A DNA stretch of 64,000 nt from Smithellaceae bacterium (lineage in GTDB: Bacteria; Desulfobacterota; Syntrophia; Syntrophales; Smithellaceae), in the NCBI GenBank assembly GCA_963667845.2, contig CAXXVL010000002.1, positions 416,001 to 480,000 of the forward strand, given 5' to 3'. The notes beneath the pieces are model-generated. The model had not been told where the DNA came from and made no database searches. It saw only the letters and a list, made by a program, of their open reading frames with translations. Below, piece after piece: positions 46,329 to 56,738 of this stretch (its first letter is position 1; each line of letters opens with the position of its first letter). A program made the translations under genes and the position numbers.

Positions 46329-48025
46329 GTCACGTTCCTTTCATCATCGGTCAATCCGAATTGCAATGTTACCGTCGTGCCTTTTTGAGCTAGGCTTTCC
46401 ACCCGGACGGACCCGCCGTGCGCCTCCATGATTTTCTGCACGATGGCCAGCCCCAGACCTGTTCCCGCCGGCTTGGACGTAAAATACGGATCGTAGATCC
46501 GCGGCAGGTTCTCTTCGGAGATGCCCTCCCCCGTGTCGGATACCGTTACGGCCAGACATCTATTCTGCAAGGCAAGATCGACGGACAAGCGGCCGCCCGC
46601 GGGCATGGCCGCCAGGGCATTGAGGAAAATATTAAGAAGAACCTGTTTGATTTTGTCGGGATCGACAGGCGCCTGCGGCAAATCCTCTTTCGTGTTCACA
46701 TCCACCTCGACAGATTTGTCTTTTGCCTCGGCGGCAATCAGCCGGAGGGTTTGCCGCACCAGATCTGCCACGTCCGTCGGTCCTTTTCTCAATTCCAGCG
46801 GACGCGCAAATTCAATGAGCTGGCTGATGACCCGGTTGAGCCTTTCCGTCTCGGCAATCATAATATCCGCCGTTTCCTGGTCGTCGGGATTACCGGCCAG
46901 CCTTTGCTTGAAGTAAACCGCGAACCCCTTGATGGAGCTGAGCGGATTTCTTATTTCGTGTGCGACACCGGCCGCCAGTGATCCGATGGCGTTCAGATGG
47001 CGGCTGCGAGCGACTTCCCGCTCCATCTGCCGGATGGACGTCACGTCCCGGGCCAGCAGGATTTTCCCTTCATGAACGTCATCCTCGGCAAAGGCGGTTG
47101 CTACAACTTCCCACATCCGGACGCCGCCCTCATCCGAGGTAACGGCAATATCCTTTTCCGCGAGGCCGGTTTGTTTATCAATTCTGTTAAGCAGCGTTGA
47201 AAAATCCTCAGGCAGCAAACGGCCGGCCTCCCGGCCGATCGCCTCGGTACAGGACAAGGCGAAAAGTCCACCCGCCTGCTCGTTGCAGGCAATAATTTTG
47301 CCGCTCTTATCCACCGCCAGAAGCGCGATGGGCATGTTTTTCACGAGCGCGTCCGAGAAAACAGTCATGCGCGAAAGAGAAGCCCGCGTCAGGCGATACG
47401 CCTGCGCCAGAAAAAGCGATACAATGGCCAGCGATCCGATCAGCACGAAGACCAGCGCCAGGATCAGCATGCGCAATGTATTTTGCCGCGATGCTTTTTC
47501 AATTTTCTCCATATTGAAGCCGACAAAGACAACTAAAGAATGGTGATCTCCCTTCGACCCGTCAACGCGCTCGGGGAAGAACCCGCGGTAAACTTCAAAT
47601 GTACCGGCGCCCTCGGGATTGGCCGTCTGCCGCCAGCGAATATTCCTGCTATCCGCAATCTTTTTTATGTCGAGGTCCAATCCATAAAATCTCCCCAGCA
47701 TGGAAGGATCGCTGTCGGCGACGATTCCCCCTTTACCGTCGGTTACGATCATATAGTCAATATCCGGCTGTTGCGCCGTTTCCATGAGCAGCTTCTGCAG
47801 ATAGAATACATCCCGGGCACCATCTACCCGGCCGCGCATCCCCGCTTCAAAAGACTGAATCAGCGTCGTACCTTTTTCGACAAAGATTGTTTGGGCCTGA
47901 TTATTTCTTTGCTCGAACTGCATGAAGATCATCATGCCCAGAATAACGGCTAAAACGGTGATCGCGCTTATGGCAACCCAGACGGAAATATCAAACCGGA
48001 TTCTTTTCTTCTTTTTTTTCTCCAT
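46325..48025 (-). CDS. Membrane sensor histidine kinase (ZraS-like) with PAS
   Basis: Two TM helices flanking a periplasmic domain, PAS, AAGVAHEIRNPLSSIKG, NIFLNA, PYFTSK..GTGLGL. Alternative start at 48064. Confidence 0.92.
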   Translation of the reverse strand: MEKKKKKRIRFDISVWVAISAITVLAVILGMMIFMQFEQRNNQAQTIFVEKGTTLIQSFEAGMRGRVDGARDVFYLQKLLMETAQQPDIDYMIVTDGKGGIVADSDPSMLGRFYGLDLDIKKIADSRNIRWRQTANPEGAGTFEVYRGFFPERVDGSKGDHHSLVVFVGFNMEKIEKASRQNTLRMLILALVFVLIGSLAIVSLFLAQAYRLTRASLSRMTVFSDALVKNMPIALLAVDKSGKIIACNEQAGGLFALSCTEAIGREAGRLLPEDFSTLLNRIDKQTGLAEKDIAVTSDEGGVRMWEVVATAFAEDDVHEGKILLARDVTSIRQMEREVARSRHLNAIGSLAAGVAHEIRNPLSSIKGFAVYFKQRLAGNPDDQETADIMIAETERLNRVISQLIEFARPLELRKGPTDVADLVRQTLRLIAAEAKDKSVEVDVNTKEDLPQAPVDPDKIKQVLLNIFLNALAAMPAGGRLSVDLALQNRCLAVTVSDTGEGISEENLPRIYDPYFTSKPAGTGLGLAIVQKIMEAHGGSVRVESLAQKGTTVTLQFGLTDDERNVT

Positions 48026-48171
48026 GCTTTTAGTTCCTGCCTTGCCTGGATACAATTGGTCCATTTGGTTACTTAAGCTGGGTACCTATTATCCATCCAA
48101 TGCCCGGCAAAGGCAAATAGAATTTACCACGATTGTCGCCTTATCATGTTATTACAACATCTTACGATCAA

Positions 48172-48187
48172 TGGCACAACCCTTGCT
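48172..48187 (+). promoter_or_regulatory. sigma54 -24/-12 promoter
   Basis: TGGCAC-AACCC-TTGCT, 50 bp upstream of the Spy/CpxP-like ATG and divergent from the activator operon. Confidence 0.88.
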
Positions 48188-48237
48188 CATCTTATCGGTA
48201 ACTGATCAGCATAAACTATACAAGAAGGAGACGTACC

Positions 48238-48738
48238 ATGAAAAAAATTACTTTAACTCTAACAGCTGTTGCATTGGGCTTGCTTTTGGCATCGCAGGCA
48301 TTTGCCTGGGGACCCGGACCGGGCCGGGGACATGGCTATTGCCGGGAAGCAGGTCTGGAAAGACTTAACCTGACAGACGATCAAAAAGCAAAAATCGAAG
48401 CGCTGCAAACCGCCAATTGGAAAGCGATCAAGCCGCTTCGGGAAAAGATGTTCGACAAGACGGTTGAATTGCGCAGACTCTGGCTTCAAGCAAATCCCGA
48501 TAAGGATAAAATCACGGCGGCGCAAAAAGAACTGAGAACACTTCGCGATGAAATGCAGGATAAAAACACGGCGATACGACTGGAGGTCCGCAAAGTGCTC
48601 ACACCTGAACAGAACGAGAAGCTGGCTGATATGGGCTGGGGCAGAGGCCCCGGTTTTGGCCCCCGCGGCGGAATGAGAGGCCACGGTGAATTCGGCCCCG
48701 GCAATGGACCCGGTTTAGGAATGGGTATGTGCCAATAG
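48238..48738 (+). CDS. Periplasmic Spy/CpxP/ZraP-like protein
   Basis: Signal peptide ending AFA, LTDDQ and LTPEQ (LTxxQ) motifs, Gly/Met-rich tails. Confidence 0.9.
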   Translation: MKKITLTLTAVALGLLLASQAFAWGPGPGRGHGYCREAGLERLNLTDDQKAKIEALQTANWKAIKPLREKMFDKTVELRRLWLQANPDKDKITAAQKELRTLRDEMQDKNTAIRLEVRKVLTPEQNEKLADMGWGRGPGFGPRGGMRGHGEFGPGNGPGLGMGMCQ

Positions 48739-48761
48739 TTACAAGTCCCATCCCTCCTTGG

Positions 48762-48791
48762 AAAGGGGAGCATCTGCTCCCCTTTTTTTTT
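48762..48791 (+). terminator. Intrinsic terminator
   Basis: AAAGGGGAGCA-TC-TGCTCCCCTTT continuing as a 9-T run. Confidence 0.85.
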
Positions 48792-48857
48792 ACTAAGCAA
48801 AGATATTGAACGATCTGTGAGGTTAATAGACTTATGTTAGTCGGCGGAGAAAAATGA

Positions 48858-50108
48858 ATGAACTTACACTACGTGGTGAAGGAACTATATCATCAGAGAC
48901 GAAGAACAATTATTTCTGTTGCCGGCCTCTCCATCGGTATCGCGCTTTTCATTATCCTCAATGCTCTTTCGCTGGCTTACCGAGAAGCCGCCCGTGCGCC
49001 CCTGAAAGAAATCGGTGCGGATATCACGGTGCAACGGCCGGGTAATGTTCCGCAGGAACTGGCCGGTGCTGTGTTTCCCTGTTCGGCTGTGACGATCCAC
49101 CAGGAAGAAATAGCCGAAATCGAAAAGATTCCCGGAATCATGGGAATGGGTAAGGCTGTTTTGGTCTGGGTATTCGATCCTCAACGGGCGTGGATCGTTC
49201 TCGGAATTGAGAAAGATAATCCCGTTGGTCCATCTATCCTTCGCGCCTTTATCACCGAGGGACGTTTTCTGGGAGAGGGAAAGTCCGAAGCTTTGATCGA
49301 GACCGGCTATGCCGAGCAGTTCGGCATCCAATTAGGCGATAATGTTTCCGTGGCCGGAAGATCGTTTTCGATCGTCGGCAAAGTGGATGCTTCTCTTGCC
49401 CCGAAAATTGCGGTGGCCAATGTTTATTTGCACCTGCACGATGCACAGGCCATGGCCATGTCATCCAAACCTTTGCAGTCCGTTTCACCATTTGCCGCAG
49501 GCGATGTGAATCTGCTTTTTATCAAGGCAGATCAACAGCGGGCCGCTCCCATCACTGCAACCCTGAGAAAAATTGTGGGTCCAAAAGCCGTCATCGCCAC
49601 ACCGGAATCATTTCTGAAACTTCTCGGGAATCTGTTTGCGCTATCCGATAAATTTACCTGGACCGCGTCCATAATCGCCATGCTGATCGCTATTCTGATT
49701 GCCTTTAAAACAATGGCCGGCAATGTTTCAGAGCGGGCAAGAGAAATCGGCGTGATGAAGGCTGTCGGCTGGACTGAGCGAAACGTAACCATGCAACTCT
49801 TAATGGAATCCGTGCTCCAGTGTTTTGTCGCAGGAATAGTGGGAATCCTTATTGCCATCATTGTTTCTTTCTTCCTGAGCTTTATGACCGTGAATATCCC
49901 CATCCCCTGGGAAATGAGCCCCACTCCGCATTTTCTGCCCGGCGGAGGAGAACAACTTTACAAAACCCTGCGGCTGCCGATTCATGTTCCCCCGACACTT
50001 GCCGCATTTGCCCTTGCGCTTTCCCTCTTCGTTGGCGGAATGACCGGGGCGCTGTTGGGTCGCCGTATTTCCAAAATCAAACCTTCGGAGGTTTTAAGAC
50101 ATGAGTAA
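48858..50108 (+). CDS. MacB/FtsX-family ABC transporter permease
   Basis: N-terminal TM, large periplasmic loop, NVSERAREIGVMKAVGW, C-terminal KIKPSEVLR. Confidence 0.9.
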   Translation: MNLHYVVKELYHQRRRTIISVAGLSIGIALFIILNALSLAYREAARAPLKEIGADITVQRPGNVPQELAGAVFPCSAVTIHQEEIAEIEKIPGIMGMGKAVLVWVFDPQRAWIVLGIEKDNPVGPSILRAFITEGRFLGEGKSEALIETGYAEQFGIQLGDNVSVAGRSFSIVGKVDASLAPKIAVANVYLHLHDAQAMAMSSKPLQSVSPFAAGDVNLLFIKADQQRAAPITATLRKIVGPKAVIATPESFLKLLGNLFALSDKFTWTASIIAMLIAILIAFKTMAGNVSERAREIGVMKAVGWTERNVTMQLLMESVLQCFVAGIVGILIAIIVSFFLSFMTVNIPIPWEMSPTPHFLPGGGEQLYKTLRLPIHVPPTLAAFALALSLFVGGMTGALLGRRISKIKPSEVLRHE

Positions 50109-50769
50109 GGCGGATATTTTGAAAAGTGTCAACCTGTCCAAGAAATTCGGTAATCTGGAGGTCCTCAGGGGCGTGTCCCTGACGATTAAAGAAGGTGAAT
50201 TTGTATCCCTGGTCGGTAAATCCGGCGGCGGCAAGACGACACTGCTCTCCGTCCTGTCGGGGCTGGAACGGCCATCCCAGGGCCAGGTAATCCTCCATGG
50301 CAAAGAGATCACCGGCGCCTCAGAAGAGGAATTAGCTCTATTCCGCAGGGAATATGTCGGCTTTATCTTTCAATCTTTCAATCTGATCCCCACGCTTTCG
50401 GCATGGGAAAATGTAGCGCTGCCCCTTTTTCCGATCAAGATGACGCAGCAAAAACGCCAGGAACGAGCCATGGAACTTCTCAATCAGATGGAAATGGGTC
50501 ACAGGACCGAACATTTGCCGGCGGCCCTCTCCGGCGGGGAAAAGCAGCGGGTGGCCATTGCCAGAGCCCTGGCCAATCATCCGAAAATCGTTTTTGCCGA
50601 TGAACCGACAGGTAATCTCGATTCGGCAACGGGAGATGCTATTATGGCAGTATTGAGCGACCTTCATCAGAAACAGGGAATGACCCTGCTGATGGTTACT
50701 CATGAACCGGAGCTGGCCGCGTCGGCCGATCGCGTTATTCGCATGCAGGACGGGGAGGTAATCGTATGA
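50101..50769 (+). CDS. ABC transporter ATP-binding protein (LolD-like)
   Basis: GKSGGGKT, FIFQSFNL, LSGGEKQRVAIARAL, FADEPTGNLD, VTH. Confidence 0.95.
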   Translation: MSKADILKSVNLSKKFGNLEVLRGVSLTIKEGEFVSLVGKSGGGKTTLLSVLSGLERPSQGQVILHGKEITGASEEELALFRREYVGFIFQSFNLIPTLSAWENVALPLFPIKMTQQKRQERAMELLNQMEMGHRTEHLPAALSGGEKQRVAIARALANHPKIVFADEPTGNLDSATGDAIMAVLSDLHQKQGMTLLMVTHEPELAASADRVIRMQDGEVIV

Positions 50770-51170
50770 AAAAGATCTTTATCAGTTTTATGGGTCTAAT
50801 AATTTTAATCGCCGCTCTTGCTGCAAGCGCTGCGCAAAAGACAACCGTCGAGATCCTCTATATGAATCATGGACCGCTTTTGTCTACTCTAAAAGAGATA
50901 AACAATACCTGTGCCCAATACAAAGACAGCATCACCGTCTTCCGCTATGATTTTGACAGCCCCGAAGGAGAACAGTTCATGCACAAAAAGGGAATAAATC
51001 AGCATATTCCTCTGATGATCTGGATCAATGGAAAGAGTGATGTCTCGGTGAAAGGAAAGGAAATCAAGTTCAGCGGTTTCCCCTCAGGATCCGGTCCCGC
51101 CTTTGTTCAGGGAAAATGGACGATGGAAGATTTGCGCAGTGCACTGAATTCAGCAACACAAAAAAAATGA
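50766..51170 (+). CDS. Exported protein, possible thioredoxin-like fold without CxxC
   Basis: Signal peptide; VEILYMNHGP...HIPLMIWING pattern; translationally coupled to the ATPase. Confidence 0.7.
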   Translation: MKKIFISFMGLIILIAALAASAAQKTTVEILYMNHGPLLSTLKEINNTCAQYKDSITVFRYDFDSPEGEQFMHKKGINQHIPLMIWINGKSDVSVKGKEIKFSGFPSGSGPAFVQGKWTMEDLRSALNSATQKK

Positions 51171-51177
51171 GGGAACC

Positions 51178-52416
51178 ATGAACTATCGTTACCTTTGGAA
51201 CGAAATGCGGCATCGTCATCACAGGGCTTTGATAAATGTTTTAGGGATTGCCGTCGGGATTGCCCTCTTCGTGGCCATTAATGCAATGTCCGCTGCCTAT
51301 CAGAATGCTATGAGTCTACCTTTCAAAAACATCGGAGCGGATATTGTTGTCCAGCGGGCGGAGCAACGTTCGGTGACTGCGTCACAGCCACCGCAATCCA
51401 TGCGCGGCATCCGCCTGCCTTTTTCCAATCAGATTCTTTCCGCTCACGATTTGAAAAAGTTAAAAACGATTCCCGGCATAGATGCTATCGCAACATCCCT
51501 TCTGCTCTGGGAGTTTAATCAGGGTGGCTTTAAAACGATAATGGGTGTTGATCTGACCGCACCCGTTCTGGGGCCGATTAAGGTTAAAGATTGGCTGGCG
51601 CAAGGACGTTTTCCGGAAAAAACAGGTGAAGCTGTTCTTGAAAAACATTTCGCTAAATTTCACAAAGTTAAACCCGGAGACGCATTCGGGATTGGGGGGT
51701 CATCCTTTAATGTGGTCGGTCTGCTGGAAATTAAAGAAGGATCGCAGGTCGCTTCAGCCAATATTTACCTGCCTCTGGCGGATGCGCAATCTCTGTTGAC
51801 AGGAAATGCCGGCGTTGTAAATATTGCTTACCTTCACATGAAAGATCCGGCGCGGATTGATCATGTCAAAACACAAATCGCCAAAGCCCTTTCGGGTGCG
51901 ACGATAACCAGCTCTGACTCATTTCTGGAACTCATGGGCGGCGTGTCCCAAATTTCCAGCCAGTTTTCTCTGCTTGTATCTTTAGTCGCCCTCGCCGGCG
52001 CTTTTTTTCTGATTATCAAAACGATGCTCGGAAATCTGGTGGAACGCTCCCGGGAAATCGGCATTCTGAAGGCGCTCGGTTGGACGAGCGGTGATATTCA
52101 AAAGCAGCTTCTGGGAGAAGCGATTGTGCAATCCGTTTTGGGCGGCATTGCCGGTATTGCGGCGGGATATCTGATTTCTTATCTTCTTGGTTATCTTTCG
52201 ATCCCCATATCCACACCGTGGGAGCTGAATCTCACACCAGCCTTTGCCAAAGATGCGGCGGCGACAGCCAAAACCATTCACCTCCCGGTGAGTTTCTCCC
52301 CGGTCTTAACGGCTGGGGCGCTGGCTTTATCTATCCTTGCAGGAGTGCTGGCAAGTTATTTTATGGGCAGGCGAATGGCTAAAATGAAGCCGGCAGATAT
52401 TCTCCGCAAATTGTAA
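51178..52416 (+). CDS. Second MacB/FtsX-family ABC permease
   Basis: Paralogous to 48858..50108; NLVERSREIGILKALGW, MKPADILR. Confidence 0.9.
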   Translation: MNYRYLWNEMRHRHHRALINVLGIAVGIALFVAINAMSAAYQNAMSLPFKNIGADIVVQRAEQRSVTASQPPQSMRGIRLPFSNQILSAHDLKKLKTIPGIDAIATSLLLWEFNQGGFKTIMGVDLTAPVLGPIKVKDWLAQGRFPEKTGEAVLEKHFAKFHKVKPGDAFGIGGSSFNVVGLLEIKEGSQVASANIYLPLADAQSLLTGNAGVVNIAYLHMKDPARIDHVKTQIAKALSGATITSSDSFLELMGGVSQISSQFSLLVSLVALAGAFFLIIKTMLGNLVERSREIGILKALGWTSGDIQKQLLGEAIVQSVLGGIAGIAAGYLISYLLGYLSIPISTPWELNLTPAFAKDAAATAKTIHLPVSFSPVLTAGALALSILAGVLASYFMGRRMAKMKPADILRKL

Positions 52417-52530
52417 ACGGCTGGTCCGGTCATCAAAGTAATAAAACCCTCTCGAGAGTTTTAAGGCACCGGTTCCGAAGCCAAACCTTCGCTACACTAA
52501 ATGTGGTTGCCGACGGCTGTAAAGGTTGGG

Positions 52531-53430
52531 CTACGCCATCGTCACACGGTTTCTTCCCGCATGCTTGCTCTCATAAAGAAGTCTGTCGGCCCGTTTGATC
52601 AGGCTGTCCGTGTCCTCGTTAGGGCGCATCAGCGTTGCTCCCATGGAAATGGTCACCTGCAATTTCTCATTTTCATGGGCCAGATAAGAGCGTTCCACCA
52701 GCATGCGCAATCTTTGGGCCAGCTCTTTTAGCTGACCGGCATCAATATTCCGGATGATCCCGATAAATTCTTCCCCGCCCCACCGTCCGATAACGTCGAA
52801 GGGTCTGGCGTTTTTGACGAGCGTGTCCGCCACGAATTTTAAAACCCGATCACCGCCGTCGTGGCCGTAAACATCATTGAATTTTTTAAAATGGTCGATA
52901 TCCATCATCAACAGACCGGACAGCCAGCCAAAGCGCCTGGCTTCCTCAAAGCGGGCCAGAAGTTCATTTTCAATGCAGTGCCGGTTGGCCAGATGCGTGA
53001 GTTTGTCCATGAGCGCCATCGCTTCCAGTTCTTTCGCCCGCAGTTCGATGGATTTGTAGGCGCTGATGTCCGTAAACAACTCCACTCCGCCCGACACCCG
53101 CCCCAGCTCATCAACGAGAGGGGACACGCGCACGGAAACGGGTATGCGGTGGCCGTCCTTGTGGTGCATATATACTTCGGCTTCTCGATCCGCTTTGTCT
53201 TTGATGGCCGCCGCCAGCGGGCACAGGGAAAGGCAGAGGTTGTTCCCCTTGCCGTCCACGTGGGTGAGGATATTGTCCGAGCAGGGTCTGCCGATAACCT
53301 CGCGGGCTGTAAAACCGGAAATCCTTTCAGCTCCCTTGTTCCAGTAACGGATGACCCGGTCCAGATCCACAAAGTATAAACCGTCGTACAAATTATCGAT
53401 GATCATCTGATAGGATTTTTCATTCAACAT
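52531..53430 (-). CDS. PAS-GGDEF diguanylate cyclase
   Basis: PAS, DKLTHLANR, DIDHFKKFNDVYGH, RWGGEEF with an upstream RPFD I-site (RxxD), ADRLLYESK..GRN. Confidence 0.93.
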   Translation of the reverse strand: MLNEKSYQMIIDNLYDGLYFVDLDRVIRYWNKGAERISGFTAREVIGRPCSDNILTHVDGKGNNLCLSLCPLAAAIKDKADREAEVYMHHKDGHRIPVSVRVSPLVDELGRVSGGVELFTDISAYKSIELRAKELEAMALMDKLTHLANRHCIENELLARFEEARRFGWLSGLLMMDIDHFKKFNDVYGHDGGDRVLKFVADTLVKNARPFDVIGRWGGEEFIGIIRNIDAGQLKELAQRLRMLVERSYLAHENEKLQVTISMGATLMRPNEDTDSLIKRADRLLYESKHAGRNRVTMA

Positions 53431-53609
53431 CGTAAGTCACCTCAGGCACCACCAGGGTGTTCTTCTGCAATGAACCTCAGTCCATCCGGTGCTTCCGGAA
53501 AAGATAGTTCCCATGCCCATAATTATCCCAAAAAAATATTTTGACAACCTTTAAGTTTTGCATTAAGAGATCCTATAGAATATTCACCGTTTTTGAAGGA
53601 TAGAATTAA

Positions 53610-53729
53610 ATGTTCAGTTTTACGGCAACAACGATTACGGCATGCGCGTTTCTGACCCTGCTTCTGGGCCTCGCCTTGTTGCGCCTTTTACTTAAGGCCG
53701 CCTGCCCGTCGTTTTTAGGTCGTCGCTGA
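53610..53729 (+). CDS. leuL: Leucine-rich attenuator leader peptide (39 aa)
   Basis: MFSFTATTITACAFLTLLLGLALLRLLLKAACPSFLGRR*; 11 Leu, 10 of them in codons 15-28; GAAGGA RBS; directly upstream of a terminator and leuA. Confidence 0.85.
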   Translation: MFSFTATTITACAFLTLLLGLALLRLLLKAACPSFLGRR

Positions 53730-53752
53730 ACTCTCAGACTAACTGATTACCT

Positions 53753-53789
53753 AAAAGGCCGTGGGCAGCAAAGCCCACGGCCTTTTTTT
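53753..53789 (+). terminator. Attenuator terminator of the leu operon
   Basis: AAAAGGCCGTGGGC-AGCAAA-GCCCACGGCCTTTTTTT lies upstream of leuA within its leader. Confidence 0.9.
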
Positions 53790-53836
53790 ATGATTTCGTT
53801 TAGACTAATTTTGGAGCAAATATGAAAGGAGCCCCT

Positions 53837-55387
53837 ATGAAAAAGGATAAAAATCACGTCTATATTTTCGACACGTCGCTGCGCGACGGCGAGCAATCAC
53901 CAGGCAACAGCATGAACACGGAGGAAAAGCTGCTTCTGGCCCGGCAGCTCGAAAAACTGGGCGTCGATATTATCGAGGCCGGATTTCCCATCGCCTCCGA
54001 AGGGGATTTTGACGCTGTCCGACAGATCGCCCGCGAAATCAAGAGATCGCAGGTGGCGGGACTGGCCCGCGCCAACAAGCCGGATATCGATCGCGCCTGG
54101 CAGGCGATCAAAAATGCCGCCCATCCGCGCATTCATACCTTTATCTCCTCTTCGGACATTCATCTGAAATACCAACTCAAGAAGAGCCGGGAACAAGTGC
54201 TTAAGGAAGCCGTCGTTGCCGTCAAGCTGGCGCGTTCCTACACGGACAATGTTGAATTTTCTCCGATGGACGCCACCCGTTCGGACCGGGACTATCTGGT
54301 CAGGATGGTATCGGCCGTCATTGATGCCGGAGCCAACACCGTGAATATCCCGGACACGGTCGGATACACCGTTCCCGAGGAATTCGGCAGCCTGATTGCG
54401 TATCTGTTCGCCAATGTCAAAAACATCCGTAATGCGGTTATCTCCGTTCACTGTCACGATGATCTGGGGCTCGCCGTAGCCAATTCGCTTGCGGCCATCG
54501 CCAGCGGCGCAAGGCAGGTGGAATGCACGATCAACGGCATCGGCGAACGGGCGGGCAACACGGCGATGGAAGAAATCGTCATGGCGCTGGCCACGCGCAA
54601 AGACATGTATGGCCTCAATACCCAGATCAAGACAGACCAGATTTATAAGACGTCGCGACTGCTCACACAGATCACCGGCATTGCAGTGCAGCCCAACAAA
54701 GCCATCGTCGGGGCCAATGCCTTTGCGCATGAATCCGGCATTCATCAGGACGGGCTGATCAAGGAAAAAATCACCTACGAGATCATGACGCCGCAGTCCG
54801 TCGGGATCAGCGATACCCATATCGTTCTGGGCAAGCACTCCGGTCGGGCCGCTATTTCGCAGCATTTGAAAAAAATGGGATACATCCTCAACGAGGAGCA
54901 GATCAACCGCGTCGCGGCAAAAGTCAAGGAGCTGGCCGATATTAAGAAAGACATCTATGATGAAGATCTGCAGGCCATCCTGTACGAAGACATTTACCGC
55001 GGCGAAGATAAGTATCACCTGGTTTACCTCAATGTTGTAAGCGGCAATGTGGCTATTCCGACAGCCACCATGGAGATGAAAGTCGGAAAAGAAATCGTCC
55101 GTGACGCGGGCTTTGGCAATGGTCCTGTAGACGCAACGTTTGCGGCGATCCGCAACATCACCAAAACCAATTACCCGCTCTTAAAGTACGTGGTCAACGC
55201 CATCACCGGCGGCGCCGACGCTCAGGGCGAGACCATGGTTCAACTCAAGTATAACGGCCACACCGTGGTCGGCCGGGGTGCCCATCCCGACGTGATCGTT
55301 GCATCGGCCAAAGCTTACATCAACGCGCTTAACAGGCTGGAATTCCTGAAAAACAGCGTTAAGAAGGTTAAACTTGAATTAAGCTAA
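53837..55387 (+). CDS. leuA: 2-isopropylmalate synthase
   Basis: FDTSLRDGEQSPG, IPDTVG, SVHCHDDLG, GIGERAGN, AFAHESGIHQDG, GKHSGR, regulatory-domain GNGPVDA. ATG follows AAGGAG. Confidence 0.95.
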   Translation: MKKDKNHVYIFDTSLRDGEQSPGNSMNTEEKLLLARQLEKLGVDIIEAGFPIASEGDFDAVRQIAREIKRSQVAGLARANKPDIDRAWQAIKNAAHPRIHTFISSSDIHLKYQLKKSREQVLKEAVVAVKLARSYTDNVEFSPMDATRSDRDYLVRMVSAVIDAGANTVNIPDTVGYTVPEEFGSLIAYLFANVKNIRNAVISVHCHDDLGLAVANSLAAIASGARQVECTINGIGERAGNTAMEEIVMALATRKDMYGLNTQIKTDQIYKTSRLLTQITGIAVQPNKAIVGANAFAHESGIHQDGLIKEKITYEIMTPQSVGISDTHIVLGKHSGRAAISQHLKKMGYILNEEQINRVAAKVKELADIKKDIYDEDLQAILYEDIYRGEDKYHLVYLNVVSGNVAIPTATMEMKVGKEIVRDAGFGNGPVDATFAAIRNITKTNYPLLKYVVNAITGGADAQGETMVQLKYNGHTVVGRGAHPDVIVASAKAYINALNRLEFLKNSVKKVKLELS

Positions 55388-55459
55388 AAAAAAGGGTAAG
55401 GACAACTTCTCATTTTCATTATTTAAAGCAGCATACTTGTCGGTCAAGGAGTTCATAAC

Positions 55460-56719
55460 GTGGGACAAACGATTACGGAAAAAATTTTATTGGCGCACAC
55501 GGACCTGAAGGACATCGCACCGGGTCAGTTGATTAATGCCCGGGTGGATATTGCTTTAGGCAACGACATTACTGCGCCGATTGCCATCCGGGAATTCCGG
55601 GCGGCCGGCGGGAAAAAAGTTTTTGATAAGAATAAGGTGGCGCTGGTGCTCGACCATTTTACACCGAACAAGGACATCAGCTCCGCCGAACAGTGCAAAA
55701 CGGTGCGCGAGTTTGCCGTCGAACACGGCGTAGTCCATTTTTACGAAGGCGGCCATGTGGGCGTGGAACACGCGCTCCTGCCGGAAAAAGGCATTGTGCT
55801 CCCCGGCGATCTGGTTATCGGAGCGGACAGCCATACCTGCACCTACGGCGCTCTGGGCGCTTTTGCGACGGGCGTCGGCAGCACGGACCTGGCGGCTGCC
55901 ATGCTGACCGGCGAACTTTGGTTCAAGGTGCCGGAGTCGATCAAATTTGTCGTTTACGGTAAACTTGCCAAGTGGGTTTCGGGCAAGGATCTGATTCTGA
56001 ATATCATCGGACGCATCGGCGTGGACGGCGCGCTTTACCAGGCAATGGAATTCACGGGCGAAACGATTGCCGCGCTGCCGATGGCCGACCGCCTCTCCAT
56101 GGCCAACATGGCCATCGAAGCCGGCGCGAAAAACGGCATCTTCGCGCCCGATGCCGTCACGGAAGCCTACGTCAAACCAAGAGCCAAACGGCCTTACAAA
56201 TTTTACACATCCGATGCCGACGCGGCCTATGCTCAAGTCATTGAAATCGACGCGGGCCAGCTCGAGCCTCAAGTCGCTTTCCCGCACCTGCCTTCCCATG
56301 TCAAAGGGGTAAGCCAGGCAGGGCACGTAAAGATTGACCAGTCGCTGATCGGATCATGCACCAATGGCCGGATTGAAGACCTTAGGATCGCCGCTCAGAT
56401 TTTGAAAAATCGCAAAGCCGCTCCCTACGTCCGGTTGATTGTCGTTCCGGCCACGCCGCTCATCTATAAGCAGGCGATGAAGGAGGGGCTCCTGGACATC
56501 TTCCTGGATGCCAACGCGGTGATCAGCCCGCCTTCCTGCGGCGCCTGTCTGGGAGGTCATCTGGGTATTCTGGCCGCGGGCGAGAAGTCGGTGGCCACAA
56601 CAAACCGCAACTTCGTAGGCCGCATGGGGCACCCTAAAAGCGAAGTCTACCTGGCGAGTCCGGCCGTGGCCGCGGCCTCCGCCGTACTGGGCCGAATTGC
56701 TTCGCCTGAAGAACTATAA
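55460..56719 (+). CDS. leuC: 3-isopropylmalate dehydratase large subunit
   Basis: [39 protein letters not shown]. Confidence 0.95.
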   Translation: MGQTITEKILLAHTDLKDIAPGQLINARVDIALGNDITAPIAIREFRAAGGKKVFDKNKVALVLDHFTPNKDISSAEQCKTVREFAVEHGVVHFYEGGHVGVEHALLPEKGIVLPGDLVIGADSHTCTYGALGAFATGVGSTDLAAAMLTGELWFKVPESIKFVVYGKLAKWVSGKDLILNIIGRIGVDGALYQAMEFTGETIAALPMADRLSMANMAIEAGAKNGIFAPDAVTEAYVKPRAKRPYKFYTSDADAAYAQVIEIDAGQLEPQVAFPHLPSHVKGVSQAGHVKIDQSLIGSCTNGRIEDLRIAAQILKNRKAAPYVRLIVVPATPLIYKQAMKEGLLDIFLDANAVISPPSCGACLGGHLGILAAGEKSVATTNRNFVGRMGHPKSEVYLASPAVAAASAVLGRIASPEEL

Positions 56720-56738
56720 ATTTAGAGGATTTATTCAT

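Noticed and set aside
50766..51170. Selenocysteine or stop-readthrough in the thioredoxin-like protein or other TGA-ending genes
   Set aside because: No in-frame TGA at a redox-motif position, and the TGA stops fall at expected C-termini.
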